Source: Eledone cirrhosa
Taxonomy: Eukaryota
Assembly (NCBI GenBank): GCA_964016885.1
Contig: OZ024741.1
Coordinates: 91,326,001 to 91,390,000, forward strand
Length of the DNA: 64,000 nucleotides
Direction of reading: 5' to 3'
The position numbers and the translations under genes are program-made. Positions 41,563 to 55,703 of this stretch are shown piece after piece (the stretch's first letter is position 1; each line of letters opens with the position of its first letter). Below the pieces are notes generated by a model. It had not been told where the DNA came from, made no database searches, and was given only the letters and a program-made list of their open reading frames with translations.

Positions 41563-41725
41563 CCATCGACCCCTTCATGGAATCCTTCATCAGCACATTG
41601 ACTCCGCTATGGAATCCTTCATCACCCCATCGATCTCTTCATGGAATCCTTCATCACCCCATCGACCCATTAATCCGTTCATGGAATCCTTCATCATCCC
41701 ATCGACCTCTAAATCACTTCATGTA
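41563..41725. repeat. ~32-bp minisatellite
   Basis: catcgaccccttcatggaatccttcatcaccc-like units, 4-5 copies. Confidence 0.8.
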
Positions 41726-41844
41726 TCCTTGTACTGTATTTTATCAACTTCAGTTGTATTTGAACTTAGAACATAGAAAGTCGTAACTAATAAGTACTGC
41801 AGTGCCCTATCGATACTGCCAACAGACTGCTCTTCATATAAAAA

Positions 41845-42016
41845 TAATTGTTTCTACTTTTGGCACAAGGCCAGAAAATACCCAGTACATTACTGGTACT
41901 TTATTTTATCGACCCCGTAGGGATGAAAGGCAAAGTTAACCTCGACGGGATTTGAACTCAGACCGTAAAAGGATGTAACTATGCATGGCGTCCGACCCTC
42001 TACCGATACTGCCAAT
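41845..42016 (-). mobile_element. Same SINE family
   Basis: Core and head (ccgaccctctaccgatactgccaa) present. Confidence 0.85.
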
Positions 42017-42285
42017 TCATCTATAAAATTAATAATAAGATTGAGATGTCATCATCATTTTATGTCTGTTTTTCCATGCTTGCAGACATTGGATGGGTCC
42101 TTTCGAGCAGAGCTTGTCTCCAGTCATTGCATTCCTTCATTGTCTCCTTTGCAAAGTTCAATGTCTTGAGATTAGTTCTAATCATCTCTGACGAAGGTTT
42201 TCTTGATCTTTCTCTTACATTTCCTGGCAGTTCTTTGTATATTTGTATACATCTCTGTTTGCAACTCTTTAACATTTACACACTC

Positions 42286-42385
<100 letters not shown>

Positions 42386-42839
42386 GCATTTCATATTAAA
42401 GTCATGTTGCTTCAATAAGAAATTCACTTTTCAATCACAAGGTCCTCGATTCTAACCCTATATTTGTTACTATAAATAGTTATTTTTCCAAAGTTACTCA
42501 TAAATTTAAGCCTGCATGTTATTTGTACATATATACTGAATGTTTATGTAATTATATCCGAGAAATAAATGATCTAAATATCATTCTTATCTTTTATCAC
42601 TTCCACATAGCAGTAACCAGCATAAAATATAGGGTTTCTCTTATGCAAATTATTAATTTATCAAAACGCAAATTTCCCAGTGTATATTGTTGTTCAGAAA
42701 CCCAGTAATCCTGGTATATATGGCATACCAATCCTGACCCACGAAATTAAATATGTTCAACGCTATTGCCAACGTTATTGATAGCATAGGTTCACTAGTA
42801 TAGGAATTATTTAACACATTAAAATCAATTAACATATAG

Positions 42840-43050
42840 TGGTTTCTTATATAGGCACAAAGCCAGCATTTGGGGGAGGGGAAAGTCGATTAAATCGACC
42901 CCAGTGCATGACTGGTACTTTATTTTATCGACCCCGTAAGGATGAAAGGCAAAGTTAACCTCGGTGGGATTTGAACTCGGATCATAAAGGGACGTAACTC
43001 TATGCCGCAAAGCATGGCATCCGACCCTCTACCTATACTGCCAATCCACA
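42840..43050 (-). mobile_element. Same SINE family, longer-tail variant
   Basis: Core plus ggggaggggaaagtcgattaaatcgacccc tail as in the 14240 and 14705 copies. Confidence 0.85.
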
Positions 43051-44937
43051 TTAATATTGAATTAGTTGATAACATTTATAGGAATGATGTCTTTGATGTG
43101 ACTTAGCAAGAGCATTGCTATTTAACTGGAAATTAGTGAGTTTTAGCTGTAAATCATCTCACTTTTCAGGTTCAATCTGCTTTTTTTTCTTCTCTTTTTC
43201 TGCTTAGTGAAAACCACCTTCAACCATGCATGAACTAAGGAATTTATATAGCAATGGCTCAACTGCTGCACTAAGCTTAGAGCTTTTTTAGTATTATTTG
43301 CGTTTCTCTGAGGGTGGTGGATTGGCAGAATCATTAGTATGTTTTCTGACTCTTAACATCCTTTATTCAAATCTCATCGAGGTTAACTTAACCATTTATC
43401 GTTATGAGGGCAAAAATGAAGTACCAATCAAGTACCAATTATTACTGGTTTTGTGCCTAATTTATAAACCACTATTTACATTGCTACAATAGTTAATAAG
43501 GTTTACTATCAAACAAAGATTTTGGTTCAAAATCTGAACATATCAATGAGTTTATCTTGTAAATGAGATTCAACTGCTACATTTTCTATTTCCAAATGAA
43601 ACAGTGCTATAATTCTGTTTGCTAGAATAGACGAGCACAGTAAAAAAACACAATGGATCCCAAACCATAAACTATCACAGTCTAAAACCAAGTCTACTCA
43701 TCAAAAACAAAGTACAACCTAAGATTAAAATGAAACGGACCAATGTGATTTATAGATTCGATTGTAAACGCAAAAGTTGTAAACTTCATAACTCTGTTAT
43801 GTTAGCCTCACAAGTATAACAACCCCGTAGACTCAAGGCACAATTGTAACACACCACAAAACAAAACTAGATAGGAAAATATTAGTAGACAATATATTTA
43901 TATTATAAAGAATTCTCTACAAAAATAAATAATTGATTATAGAAGCTTTACTTATATCAACACATTATTAAAAAACACACTAACAAAATACACGTATCAT
44001 ACACGTGACTAATGATGTACAAATCTCATGGTTAACATTTCTATACATATACACATTGTGTATATACTGTGTTTGTATTATGAAGATACATACATGCAAG
44101 TTTAGAAAGCTTGATGATGAATTTAGGAATTCTATTATTTCAAACAAACTGAGAGGGACGCATGAGAAAATATGAAAAAAAACCTTAATGAAACAGATAA
44201 AATTGGATAGAATGCTTTGTCGCATTCGTTCCGGTTCTCTGCACTCTGACTTTTAATACCACTTTTAATAGCTGTGCTATTAACAAACACACACACACAG
44301 GTTTGTTTTGCATGTTTGTGTACTTACGTGTACAAAACTCAACGATTTAAGGATTCAATACGAAATATTTATTATCAATAATGTTTGTTTACTAAGAAGT
44401 TTCGCCAATTTTGACTTCTTAAAATAGTTCATATGACTGTCTTGAGAAGTCAGTGTCAACGAAGTAAACGATCATGATTGATGACAAATATCTGGATATT
44501 GCAATTAATATTACGCAGGGGTGGTGGAAGCATTTCTGAATTGGTGGTAGGGGGTGGGGTGGGGTGGGGCGTAAATTTGGTTAATTTAGTTGTAGTAATT
44601 AGTTTAGCTCTTTACACTCCAAAATGGCCATAAAATGCAACTTGAATCCAATCAGGTCAATAGTTATAAAGTGATCATCGTAAAATGACCTATAAAATCT
44701 GTCTCTGAATACACATACTAGCAGTTGGCAAATAGGGATGTGGAGAAAAAGTTATGACCTGTCAAAATAATTTACTATGAAGGTTAACATAATATATTAC
44801 ACTGTTATCAAATATCGACCGAGATATGAAAAGTTTCGATATGCAATAAACATAAAATGTATATAAATTGTAGCACATATATAAATAGATGTGTGTTTTG
44901 GTAGTTTGGGGAGAAAAATATAATTATTGGGGGTAGG

Positions 44938-45040
44938 GTCGAGGTTAACTTTGCCTTTCATCCTTACGGGGTCGATAAAATAAAGTACCAGTAATGCACT
45001 GGGTAATTGCTGGCCTTGTGCCAAAAAGTAGAAACAATTA
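44938..45040 (+). mobile_element. 5'-truncated SINE copy
   Basis: Core and tail only. Confidence 0.8.
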
Positions 45041-45771
45041 TTTGTTTATTTGCGTTTTCTTGCAAAAACGTGAAGTGCTCAATACGATTCACACATGTAA
45101 GAAACCTGGAGAATATGTTGTAATACACACGCCCAAATAGATATATCGAAATGTATGTATTACTTCTGTCACCAGGTTTTAGTCGAGGGTGGGGTTAGGG
45201 GGCAGGAGTGGAGGTGTGATTGCGGTGGCATTCCGTGTGAACTCTTTAATTCACAAAAATGTTCAGGTGAAGTTTTAGAATAAGTATATCACCGTAATTT
45301 TTCTAAATCTGGGGTGCATCATTGAAAAGTCGGGGTGTGTGTGAAAAGTACCATCAATGGGCTTACCTCCCTTGATGACAGACTCACGTATACGAACGAT
45401 CAAGTGTGATTTTTCAAGTCTTTGATAATACTTTAACTGCGCCAAACTATTAATAAAATATATAAACTGTTGAAGTGCTCTTATGCATTTCTCTTTCGAC
45501 AGCCGCTCGTCAGGCAAGTGAACATTTTATGTATGGACCTATACCTGCTGGTGGAGTCGTAGGGGCGGTGTAGTGACATACGGTAGAACCCATCTGTTTC
45601 TAGGTTTGCACACAGCCGAGAGTGTAATAGAGAGGAAGAATCGACCTTGTTACTGGACTGATTACTTTATATATCGATTTCGAAAGGATAAAAGATAAAG
45701 TTGACATAGCTGCTATTAAAAGTCAGAGTGCAGAGAACCGGATCTATCCATAGTTCTAAGGGTTAAATAAG

Positions 45772-45830
<59 letters not shown>

Positions 45831-46000
45831 CGAAAGAAATGTTTTTCCCTTAGGGACGTGGCCACCAAGTAAGTGACTTGCGAGACCTCGCAGAGAAGAC
45901 AACAGATGAATTCTCTTGATGGTAGGATTTACAGCACCATTCCAAGGAAAGAGAAGATATTCTTGGGCCATCTATAAAAAATAACTACCCGTCATTATAA

Positions 46001-46180
46001 GGCAGTATCGGTAGAAGGTCTGACGCCATGGTTTGCAGCAAAGAGTTACAGCCCTTTATGGTCTGAGTTCAAATCCCGCCGAGGTTAACTTTGCCTTTTA
46101 TCCTTACGGAGTTGATAAAATAAAGTACCAGTAATACACTGGGATAATTGCTGGTCTTGTGCCAAAAGTAAAACAATTAT
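46001..46180 (+). mobile_element. Same SINE family
   Basis: Head, B box gagttcaaatcc, core and tail. Confidence 0.85.
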
Positions 46181-46840
46181 AAATAGGCTGTCCTGTGGTC
46201 CAAACACACAGTCATCTGCCTCTTCTATTAGACAACACAGTTCACTGTCACTTCGCTTGTACAACACAACCTCACCACATAAGTGTTTACTATTACCTCT
46301 GTTGGTACATATTGTCTGATTACAACTTGTCACTTTTTAAGGGAATATCCCATGGTAAACAAAGAGATCCTCGCAAAACTCAGAAGCCTTATTGTACACT
46401 ATAATCAACCTTCATACAAACCTGTCAACTTTCCCCGTTCGGAGAGGGTGAGATATGTCTTTCTCATGTGAAAATGGGTATTGCTTTCATTATGTAAAAT
46501 CTTCTCATTTTGCCTCAATTCTCCCCGTTTTGGGGTACTTATTTTCAGGGTAGTCCCCGTTTGAAATTTTAGCGGTTGGCTTTATATTTACAATCTGAAG
46601 TAATCATATTATTTCCTTTTTGCTGAAGTGAAGTAAAGATATATATTCAACCAGAATTGTTGGTATATGTCGTCATTCAATCCTCAACTGTTAAAACATC
46701 GCTTCATATATCCACAAATGAAACAGTTCTATTCCTGTAGAAATCATTTCTATAATAAAATAAAGATGCATATACTCTACGAACATATTGAGTATCGTCT
46801 TTAACTGTAGTCACCTCCCGATATACACCAGGAATCCACC

Positions 46841-46908
<68 letters not shown>

Positions 46909-48011
46909 ATTTTGTAAGTAGATGCGTATATGTATATATATGTGTGTGTGTTTGTTTCTGTTCGTATGTTTATTTGTATGCCTATAGACATAAATATTAT
47001 TATTTATGTGCATATTTATCATCGTGACAGTAATTACAATTAATTTCATTTACTTCTAGAGATTTCTGAGAGAATGTCTTCCAAAACACATACATACATC
47101 TTTATATCTGGCAATTCTCATACGTGTATATTTATAGTTTGTCTTTGAACCAGTCGCTGGCTGTTCTCAATGGCAATGTTTTCATCATTTTCTTCGCGGG
47201 CTGCATCTAAAATACCCCACTCAGATATGGGTGTGAAGCCTGCCTCTCCCCTTCCTTATTTAGCTTTTTATCAGAAATATGGTAATAAAAGAGTTATGTT
47301 TTCCATAACTCTTTTATTACCATCCCCAAACCAGTACATTCAGCTGAAAATGAATACAAGCAGTAGGCAAGGGGTTAACCCTGCGATGGACTGGCGTTAT
47401 GTCCAGGTGGAAGTAATTGGGGATTTTGTTCTTTCAGTCGCTTAACGTCAAGGAAACCAGGATACGAAACAGCTTGATGAGCCTCCGGGCAGACTAACTT
47501 CTTTTAACCCTCCAACCAGAGGGTAGTAGCATCCACTTTGGGAACCATGACTCTACTGATTCCACTAATCCATTGCCCTAGGAAAATTCTTAAATTAATA
47601 AGGGTTTTTGAATTAACATATAGTTCAAGCTCTTGTGTGAACTTGGTCGAGGAGAAAAAGAAACCCTTATAAAAGAGGTACATACAAATACTTTAACTTT
47701 GGCTGTCTTTCAAGCTTTCCTCTCACCAGTAAGCAAATACAGACTCCATGGAAATTTACGGACTGAATTAATAAAAGTAGAATTTCTTTGTTGAAATATA
47801 AATATTAATATGGATTTTTCTTTTTCATGTAACATATGGCTCTGTCTTTGATGTAATTCAGACAGTAACTTGCACAGATGCACACTGTATTAATGTAGTC
47901 ATAATCTGTTGAATTTCTCAGACAACTCTCTCCTCCACCTTCTCTCTTTTCTGTATACATACAGTACATATAATGTAAACATATCTGCAGATGGTGTATT
48001 GTCCCCCCCCC

Positions 48012-48060
<49 letters not shown>

Positions 48061-48578
48061 AAAGAGAGAGAGAGAGAGAGAGAGAGTATTAAATAGATCG
48101 AAGGTCATATGCAGTTGTATTCAGGTTCATTTTCATCTCCATGATATGTATTTTGCTGAGGTTGTTGGCTAGGCAGTTTCCTCCTGCCCATTCCATTACC
48201 TTGAGCACGTCAGACGGTATAAACATTTTACACAACTTAAACTTAAAAATCAATATGTATACATATATTTACATATTTATGACACACATATACATGTATG
48301 TGATATATATACCCCCTTTCTCATTATATATATAAATAAAAGAGAGAGATGCATAAATCTCACAAAAGGAGGTGAACTAATAGTTTACACGTGCATATAT
48401 TTTGTTCATCTAATATTAAATTGTAGTTTATTTGTTGTTTAATACTTTAGTTGTTGGTTTATGATTGACTCATATCGGTCTACTCGTCTCTCTCTAGCTA
48501 TCCAACTGGAGAGCTTTGTATATATATAAGCATGCGTGTGCGTATACACATATGTAACATGATATTTACAATATAAAT

Positions 48579-48628
<50 letters not shown>

Positions 48629-48670
48629 ATAAGAAACGGAAAATCAGTGTTGCGACGAATAACATTTATT

Positions 48671-48767
48671 AGATATATTACAATCGTTTCTCTGGCGACC
48701 AGCTCCAGGCACGATCGTTGTAATGATCTAACCTGACTATGAAATCGCAAGGTCCTCAGATATGTCT
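48671..48767 (-). ncRNA. Type-I hammerhead ribozyme with 62-nt stem II domain
   Basis: Minus strand agacatat-CTGAGGA-ccttgcga...tcgccaga-GAAAC-gatt-GTA-atatatct. Stem I 7 of 8 paired, GUA triplet, within a ~210-bp island flanked by (TA)n. Confidence 0.75.
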
Positions 48768-48830
48768 CGATTATACGAAGCAGAGTTTCCAAAGGACTAC
48801 CGCGTACGGACGCTTTAAGCATACCACACC

Positions 48831-48889
<59 letters not shown>

Positions 48890-49221
48890 TATATAAATAT
48901 ATATATATATACATAAATATATATAAATATATATATATATATACATAAATACATATAAATATATATATATATACATAAATACATATAAATATATATATAT
49001 ATATAAATACATAAAAATATATATATATATAAATACATAAATACATATAAATATATATATATATATATATATACATAAATACATATAAATATATATATAT
49101 ATATAAATACATAAATAGATATAAATATATATATATATATATAAATACATATAAATATATATATATATATAAATACATATAAATACATATAAATATATAA
49201 ATACATATAAATATATATATA

Positions 49222-49980
49222 TGCAAAAGTTTTATTTAAAATTGTTGGGTTACAACGAGTACATATTTTATAACTGATATAAAGCACTCAACACATTTTG
49301 GAGTAGATATACGATATTAAACAAATGGAAACTATATTTATAAAACCATATTTATTTCATTATACATATTTCAGGGATACCATATTAAAAATATGGCATG
49401 CCTTCTTCAGATAAAATACAATATATAAGCAGTTTTATAAATAAATTTGACGTACCATAAATATTGATCAACTTCTATTTGAGAAGTTGGTTTGGTAGTG
49501 AAATGTTTATAAATATTTGGTGTTAAGGACAGTTAGAAAGAAAGACGGAGAAAAGGAAGAAATGTATGTAAAGAAAAACAAAGAGAGATAGAGAGAGATA
49601 TGGGAGAGAGAAATAGTGAGGAGGTGAAAAATGAGAGGCAGCTGAGGCAACAGATGAATAATAATAATTCATCATACAAATTGAGAGATTTAGGAGGGAG
49701 GGAGTACTGTAATTATTTATTTATTTATTCATTTAGTTATATATAGTGTTAAGGAGACGGAGAGAAATAAAAAATAAATAAAGAGAAAACAGAGAGGTAG
49801 AGAGAGATAGAGGTGGGGGGAAAAAGAGGTAGACCGAATAATAATAATTATACATGGGGAGGTGAGAGAAATAGGAGAGAGAGGTAAAGTTAAAGTAGCC
49901 GATACTTAAATTTCATCATGTATAGAGGGAGGAGAAGAAAGAGCTATATCCAGAGAGAAGGATGACAGATTTACAACTTT
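49222..49980 (-). mobile_element. Inverted Penelope-type 3' UTR/pLTR segment abutting the 5' end of the Naiad ORF
   Basis: Carries a family A hammerhead near its 3' end, is CT-rich on the minus strand with an internal imperfect duplication (gtgttaagga at ~49520 and ~49747), and ends in (TA)n. Confidence 0.6.
49353..49418 (-). ncRNA. Type-I hammerhead ribozyme, family A copy 1
   Basis: Minus strand tattttat-CTGAAGA-aggcatgccatat tttta atatggtatccct-GAAAT-atgt-ATA-atgaaata. 8-bp stem I, 13-position stem II with one C.C mismatch, AUA triplet. Confidence 0.85.
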
Positions 49981-49995
49981 ACATAAGTCTAATAG

Positions 49996-51870
49996 AATCC
50001 TTCTATTAGACTTATATGTCCCTCCAAATCAGATATTGGAATAATTAGCAAAAAAATTTTGGATAGAGTCATCCCACAAATAAGAAAACACGTTATTTTA
50101 CCACTCTGGGAAAACACCTCCCAGGTAATTAACTGGTTTAAAAATATTAGATGTAAATCTTCTGCTTCATTTCTACAATTTGATATAGATAATTACTATT
50201 CTTCTATATCACCTATACCCCTGAACAAAGCATTGATATTTGCTAAAAATAGATCTAACTTAACTTTGGATGACATTAATATTATTACACATGCTAGACT
50301 AACACTTATTGAATTTCAGAATGAATACTGGACCAGAAACACATATAGTAATCTATTTGATATTACTATGGGTTCAAGCGATTCCGCCCAAATTACTGAT
50401 CTTGTGGGCCTCTTTCTCCTTTTCAACATAAATGCCTCCTTTCCCCACCTCAAAGGTGGTTTATATCGTGATGACTGTCTTCTTCTTTCTAACAACCTTA
50501 GCCTTTCAGAAATTGAAAAAAACAAAAAACATATTAGAACTTTCCTTAAAGACTATTATAATCTTCATATTACTTTTGAAAAAACAAGTAAAGTAGTAAA
50601 TTTCCTAGATATAACTTTAGATTTAGCTACGGGTATCTACCAACCTTACCATAAACCAAACCAAAACTTACATTACATACACTCACAATCTAATCACCCT
50701 AAATCTATCCTTAAAAACCTTGCATATAATATATCACTTAGAATTTCTAACCTTTCTTCTAACCAAGATGTATTTGATAAAAATGCGACCTTCTATAACG
50801 AAGCTCTAGATAGAAGTGGCCACAAAAATAGATTAGAATATATACCTTCTACTAAAAATACTGAAAGCATACAACCTAATATTACCAACAAACACCAAAT
50901 GAAAAGTACACACCTAAATGCCACCCACACTATACCCCAAAATACCAAATCTTCTAATATAAAATATAGTAACTCTCAAAAAACTACTCATCATACAACT
51001 CTAATAAATATTAATAATAAAACTCCTAATAAAAAGGATAAAACACCTAAATCTACAAATATAACTAAAAATGGTTGTGGTGAGATCATTAACATTAATC
51101 CTCCTAGTAAACATCACGATACAACCTATAAAAATAATAAAAATAATAAACAACATAGAAACCGTAATAGACGGGTTACTTGGTATAATGCTCCATTTAA
51201 TTTACAAATTAAGGATAATATTGCTAAAAAATTTTTTTATATCCTAGAGAAAAACTTCCCGCCAAACCACAAATACCATCAAATCTTAAATAGGTCTACA
51301 GTTAAATTCTCATACTCTACAACAAATAACATAAAACAAAATATAAGTGCCTATAATGCATATAAATGTAAGAAAACCATAAGTATACCACCAGTACATC
51401 AAATTAACCATAATATCTCCTCAAATACAGATTTAACGAAAGGTTGTAACTGTAGAAACAAAGCAAACTGCCCATTAAAAGGGAATTGTCTTGTTAACAA
51501 CATAGTCTATAAATGTAATGTTAAAACTAAAGATTCTATTTGCTCATATATAGGAGCTACCTCTAACAATTTTAAGACAAGGTTTAATACCCACAAGCAT
51601 AGTTTTAAAAATGCCGCACTGGCTAACACAACATCTCTAGCAGAAAAAATCAATAGTTATAAAAATAAGAATATAGAATATGATTTGACCTGGAGTGTGC
51701 TCAAAAGAGCCACCCCTTATCAAAATAATAGAAATGAATGTAGATTATGTTCCCAAGAACTATTTGAAATAATGAAATCTAAGGATATCCTATTAAATAA
51801 ACGACAGGAATTAATTATATCGTGTAATCATAAACTAAAAAAAACATTTAAATATTATAAACCTAATTAA
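49996..51870 (+). mobile_element. Penelope-like retroelement ORF (Naiad-type), RT plus C-terminal GIY-YIG endonuclease, 5'-truncated
   Basis: Frame open from 49996 (NPSIRLICPSKSDIGIISKKIL, RT motif 2). RT motifs FLQFDIDNYY, FDITMGSSDSAQITDLVG, YRDD, NFLDITL, YIHSQSNHP. Then CNCRNKANCPLKGNC (CxCx5C), IVYKC...SYIG, RFNTH, CRLC..E, LLNKRQE...CNH. No internal stops; no ATG or N-terminal domain. Confidence 0.93.
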
Positions 51871-52358
51871 TAACATTATTTTAGAAATTAATTTAATTTA
51901 AATGTTAGTTAACCTATAAATTTAATTTAATTAAAATTCTATTACAGATGAGAATATAAAATATTGTGTAATCATAAATTGTGAAAAACCTTTAAATATT
52001 ACTAATATATACTTAGTAATTTAATTTATAGATTAATTTTAATTTATTTAAACCTTTTATTAAAATTCCTTTACAGATAAAATATAACAAAATATCGTGT
52101 ATCCAATGACAGAGAAATAATTTTTAGTATTATAGACCTAATTAATATACATTTTAGAAATATATTTATAATTTGGTTTTAAATTTAGTCAACCTAAAAA
52201 TTTAATTTAATTGGCTTAAAATTAGTATCCTTATACAGACGGATTGCAGAATATCATGTAATCATAGAATGGGATGTGTTTTGGATATATACCTAGTTAA
52301 TATATTCTTTGCAATTTTTGAAAAAATATGTATATGTATGTATGTATATGTATGTGTA

Positions 52359-52389
<31 letters not shown>

Positions 52390-53094
52390 GTATATATATG
52401 TATATATATATGTGTATGTATATGTATATGTATATGTATTAATTTTGATTTCTATTTGCATATAATTATATTCTGCTATTGATAAAATACAATATCTGTT
52501 TTATTTATTATATACCTAATTAACATATACTATAGAAATTAATATATAATTTTTAATTTAGTTAACCTATAATTTATATTCTACTACCGATGTAATACTT
52601 TATTTGTTTTTTCCCTATTACTAAATTCATTTCCTAATATTGATACCATAACGTTATTAACTTTAATTTAGTTATACTATAATTAATACTCTACTACTAT
52701 TTAACTTCAAAATTCTGCTTCAAATATTATAAACCTAACTAATTTACACCTTAGAAATCAATATGTTAACTATCTTTAGTTTAGTTAACATATAATTAAT
52801 GGTATACTTATTTATTTTGAAATGCATAAATTTTGCCTTATTTCTTGTATTTCCTAACACTGAAACTATGTAAAAACATACATTGGATCCAGATACAGAT
52901 AATATTCTATGTTTCTTGAAACATATATTTACTATAATCCCCTTCTCCACCCCCCCCCCTTTCCCCCATACTATTATCATCTGTGTTTGTAAGCGTGTAT
53001 GTATGAATATATATGTAGGTAGGTAAATATATGTTTGGGTATTTATATCTGAATATAAAAATACATATATGCGCATGCAAATAAGAATGTAAGA

Positions 53095-53229
53095 TTGTGT
53101 GTATATATATGTGTGTATGTATATATATATATGTGTATATATGCATGTCTATATATATGTGTATGTGTATGTGTGTATGTATATATATGTGTATATGTGT
53201 ATATGTGTGTGGGCGTGTATGTGTGTATG

Positions 53230-53262
<33 letters not shown>

Positions 53263-53513
53263 GTGTGTATGTATGTATGTATATATGTGTGTGTATATAT
53301 ATGTATGTCTCTCTATTTATATGTCTATCTTCGTATCTATGTGGGTATATGTGTGTATGTGCATGTATGCACATGTATGTGTTTACGTGTATATGTGTGT
53401 ATGTGTATATATGTGCGTGTGCGCACATATATATGTGAGTGTGTGTGTGTGTGTGTGTATATGTATATATATATATATATATATATCTATGTGTGTATAT
53501 ATGTCTATATTCG

Positions 53514-53562
<49 letters not shown>

Positions 53563-53768
53563 TATTATTATAATATAACTTATGTGTATGTGTGTATATG
53601 TGAGGGTGTGTATATGTATATATATGTGTAAAAAAATATATATATGTATGTCTGTTTTTTGTGTGTGTGTATATATATGTATGTGTATATATATGTGTAT
53701 GTGTGTGTTTGTATGTTTTGTATGTGTGTTTATGGTTGTATGTGTGTGTGGGTGTATATATATAAATG

Positions 53769-53817
<49 letters not shown>

Positions 53818-54144
53818 ATATATATCTCTATTAATGCGTGTATATATGTATATGTATATGCCTTTTTCTTTGTATGTCTGAGTTGTGTGAGGGTGTAGTG
53901 GTGTTTGTATGAATATACGCATATATGGATGCGTATGTATTTGTATATATGAGTATATGTAAGTGCGTATGTATGTATGAATATATATCTAATTCTATGT
54001 ATGAGTATATATGTGTGTGTATGTATGTTGTGTGTGTATGTATGTATGTGTCTATGTGTGTATATATATGTATATATGTGTGTGTATGTATGTATGTATG
54101 TGTATGTATGTACATATATGTCTATGTATGTGTGTATGTATATG

Positions 54145-54199
<55 letters not shown>

Positions 54200-54392
54200 T
54201 TATTTTATATATATATGTGTGTGTGTATGTGTGTGTGTATATATATATCTTTATATATGTGTATGTGTATGTTCGTGTAGGTGTATGTGTGTGTATGACT
54301 ATATATGTATGTATGTATGTGTGTATGTATGTATATGTATGTGTGTGTACATGTATGTATGTGTATGTATGTATATGTGTGTATATGTGTAT

Positions 54393-54437
<45 letters not shown>

Positions 54438-54723
54438 TATGTATGTGTATCTCTATTTGTATATGTATATGTATATAGGTATATACCTTTTTCTTTGTAT
54501 GTCTGAGTTGTGTGAGAGTGTAGTGGTGTTTGTATGTATATACCGATATATGGATGCGTAAGTATTTGTGTGTATGTATGTATGTATATCTGTATGTATT
54601 TGTGTCTATATATAGGTATGTACGTGTATATCTGTATGTATATAAGTATGTATGTGTATGTATATGTGCGTGTATGTGTGTATATATTTGTGTGTCTATA
54701 TAGTATGTGTGATTATATGTGTA

Positions 54724-54788
<65 letters not shown>

Positions 54789-54892
54789 GTATGTGTGTAT
54801 ATGTGTGTATGTGTGTATATGTATATGTTTATATATGTGTGTGTATGTATGTTCTAAGTGTGGATGTGTGTATTTGTATGTATGTGTTTGTG

Positions 54893-54929
<37 letters not shown>

Positions 54930-54950
54930 GTATATATATATATATATTTT
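53095..54950. repeat. Mixed (TA)/(TG) microsatellite domain with ~625-bp internal duplication
   Basis: Unique anchor cctttttctttgtatgtctgagttgtgtgag.gtgtagtggtgtttgtatg at 53861 and 54486. Confidence 0.9.
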
Positions 54951-55549
54951 CTTGATATATTTCTTTTTTCTTTTTCTTTTCTTTCCTTTTTAATTTTTAT
55001 TTCCTTAGTTTATAGATACATCTATAATAAGCAGTCTGCCCAAACCGTTGAATACTGACCTCTCCCCCCCTCCCACCTAATTTCTGTATCTTGATCTAAA
55101 TGTGTGTGACAGTGTTTATGTGAGTGAATTAATATCCATGTGCTTATGATATTATATCCACATATATATATGTGAGTGGGGGTGTGTGTGTGTTTGTATG
55201 TTCGTATTTATGTGTATGTTTATGCATATACGCGCGCGTGTGTGTGATTGTACGGATATGTGTGAGTATGAGAATATGTGTATACACTTATTTCATATTT
55301 ATGTGTCTATACGCATCTTATCTGTGCATTATAAACTTACAGAGACATTAACCTTGAAATATTGTATTTGCATCCATCCTTTTGGTATGCGTATACATGT
55401 TGAGCATACATTTTTGTAAAATATGTGTAAGGGTAGTTACATGTATATACACACACCGAACTGCATAAAACCTTTTGTATTTTCATTGGTCAATTTTGTT
55501 CCCAAACGGACCTGAAATTTTGAATTGTTGTTATTATCAATAAATATAT

Positions 55550-55703
55550 TTCATTATTTCTGAAGACGGCGTATATATGTGTTGGTATGTATATTTAATC
55601 TTGATAGTTTGTATAATTTTGTATAATTTTGTACATAGATCTGTTGAATATGCATGCCAATTCTAACACATATATATCCTAGAAACGATCGTTAAATAAT
55701 GAA
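55550..55703 (+). ncRNA. Type-I hammerhead ribozyme with 115-nt stem II domain
   Basis: ttcattattt-CTGAAGA-cggcgtatatatgtgttgg...ctaacacatatatatccta-GAAAC-gatc-GTT-aaataatgaa. Perfect 10-bp stem I, palindromic stem III aacgatcgtt, GUU triplet at 55691-55693. Confidence 0.8.

Noticed and set aside
41563-41725. CRISPR-like repeat spacing
   Set aside because: Eukaryotic context, degenerate adjacent units, no unique spacers or cas genes.
42653-42835. Minus ORF with LAIALNIFNFVGQDWY, resembling claudin TM1
   Set aside because: No GLW-C motif, an early stop and no phase-compatible donor site.
49996-51870. Selenoprotein Naiad
   Set aside because: No in-frame TGA; the frame ends in TAA.
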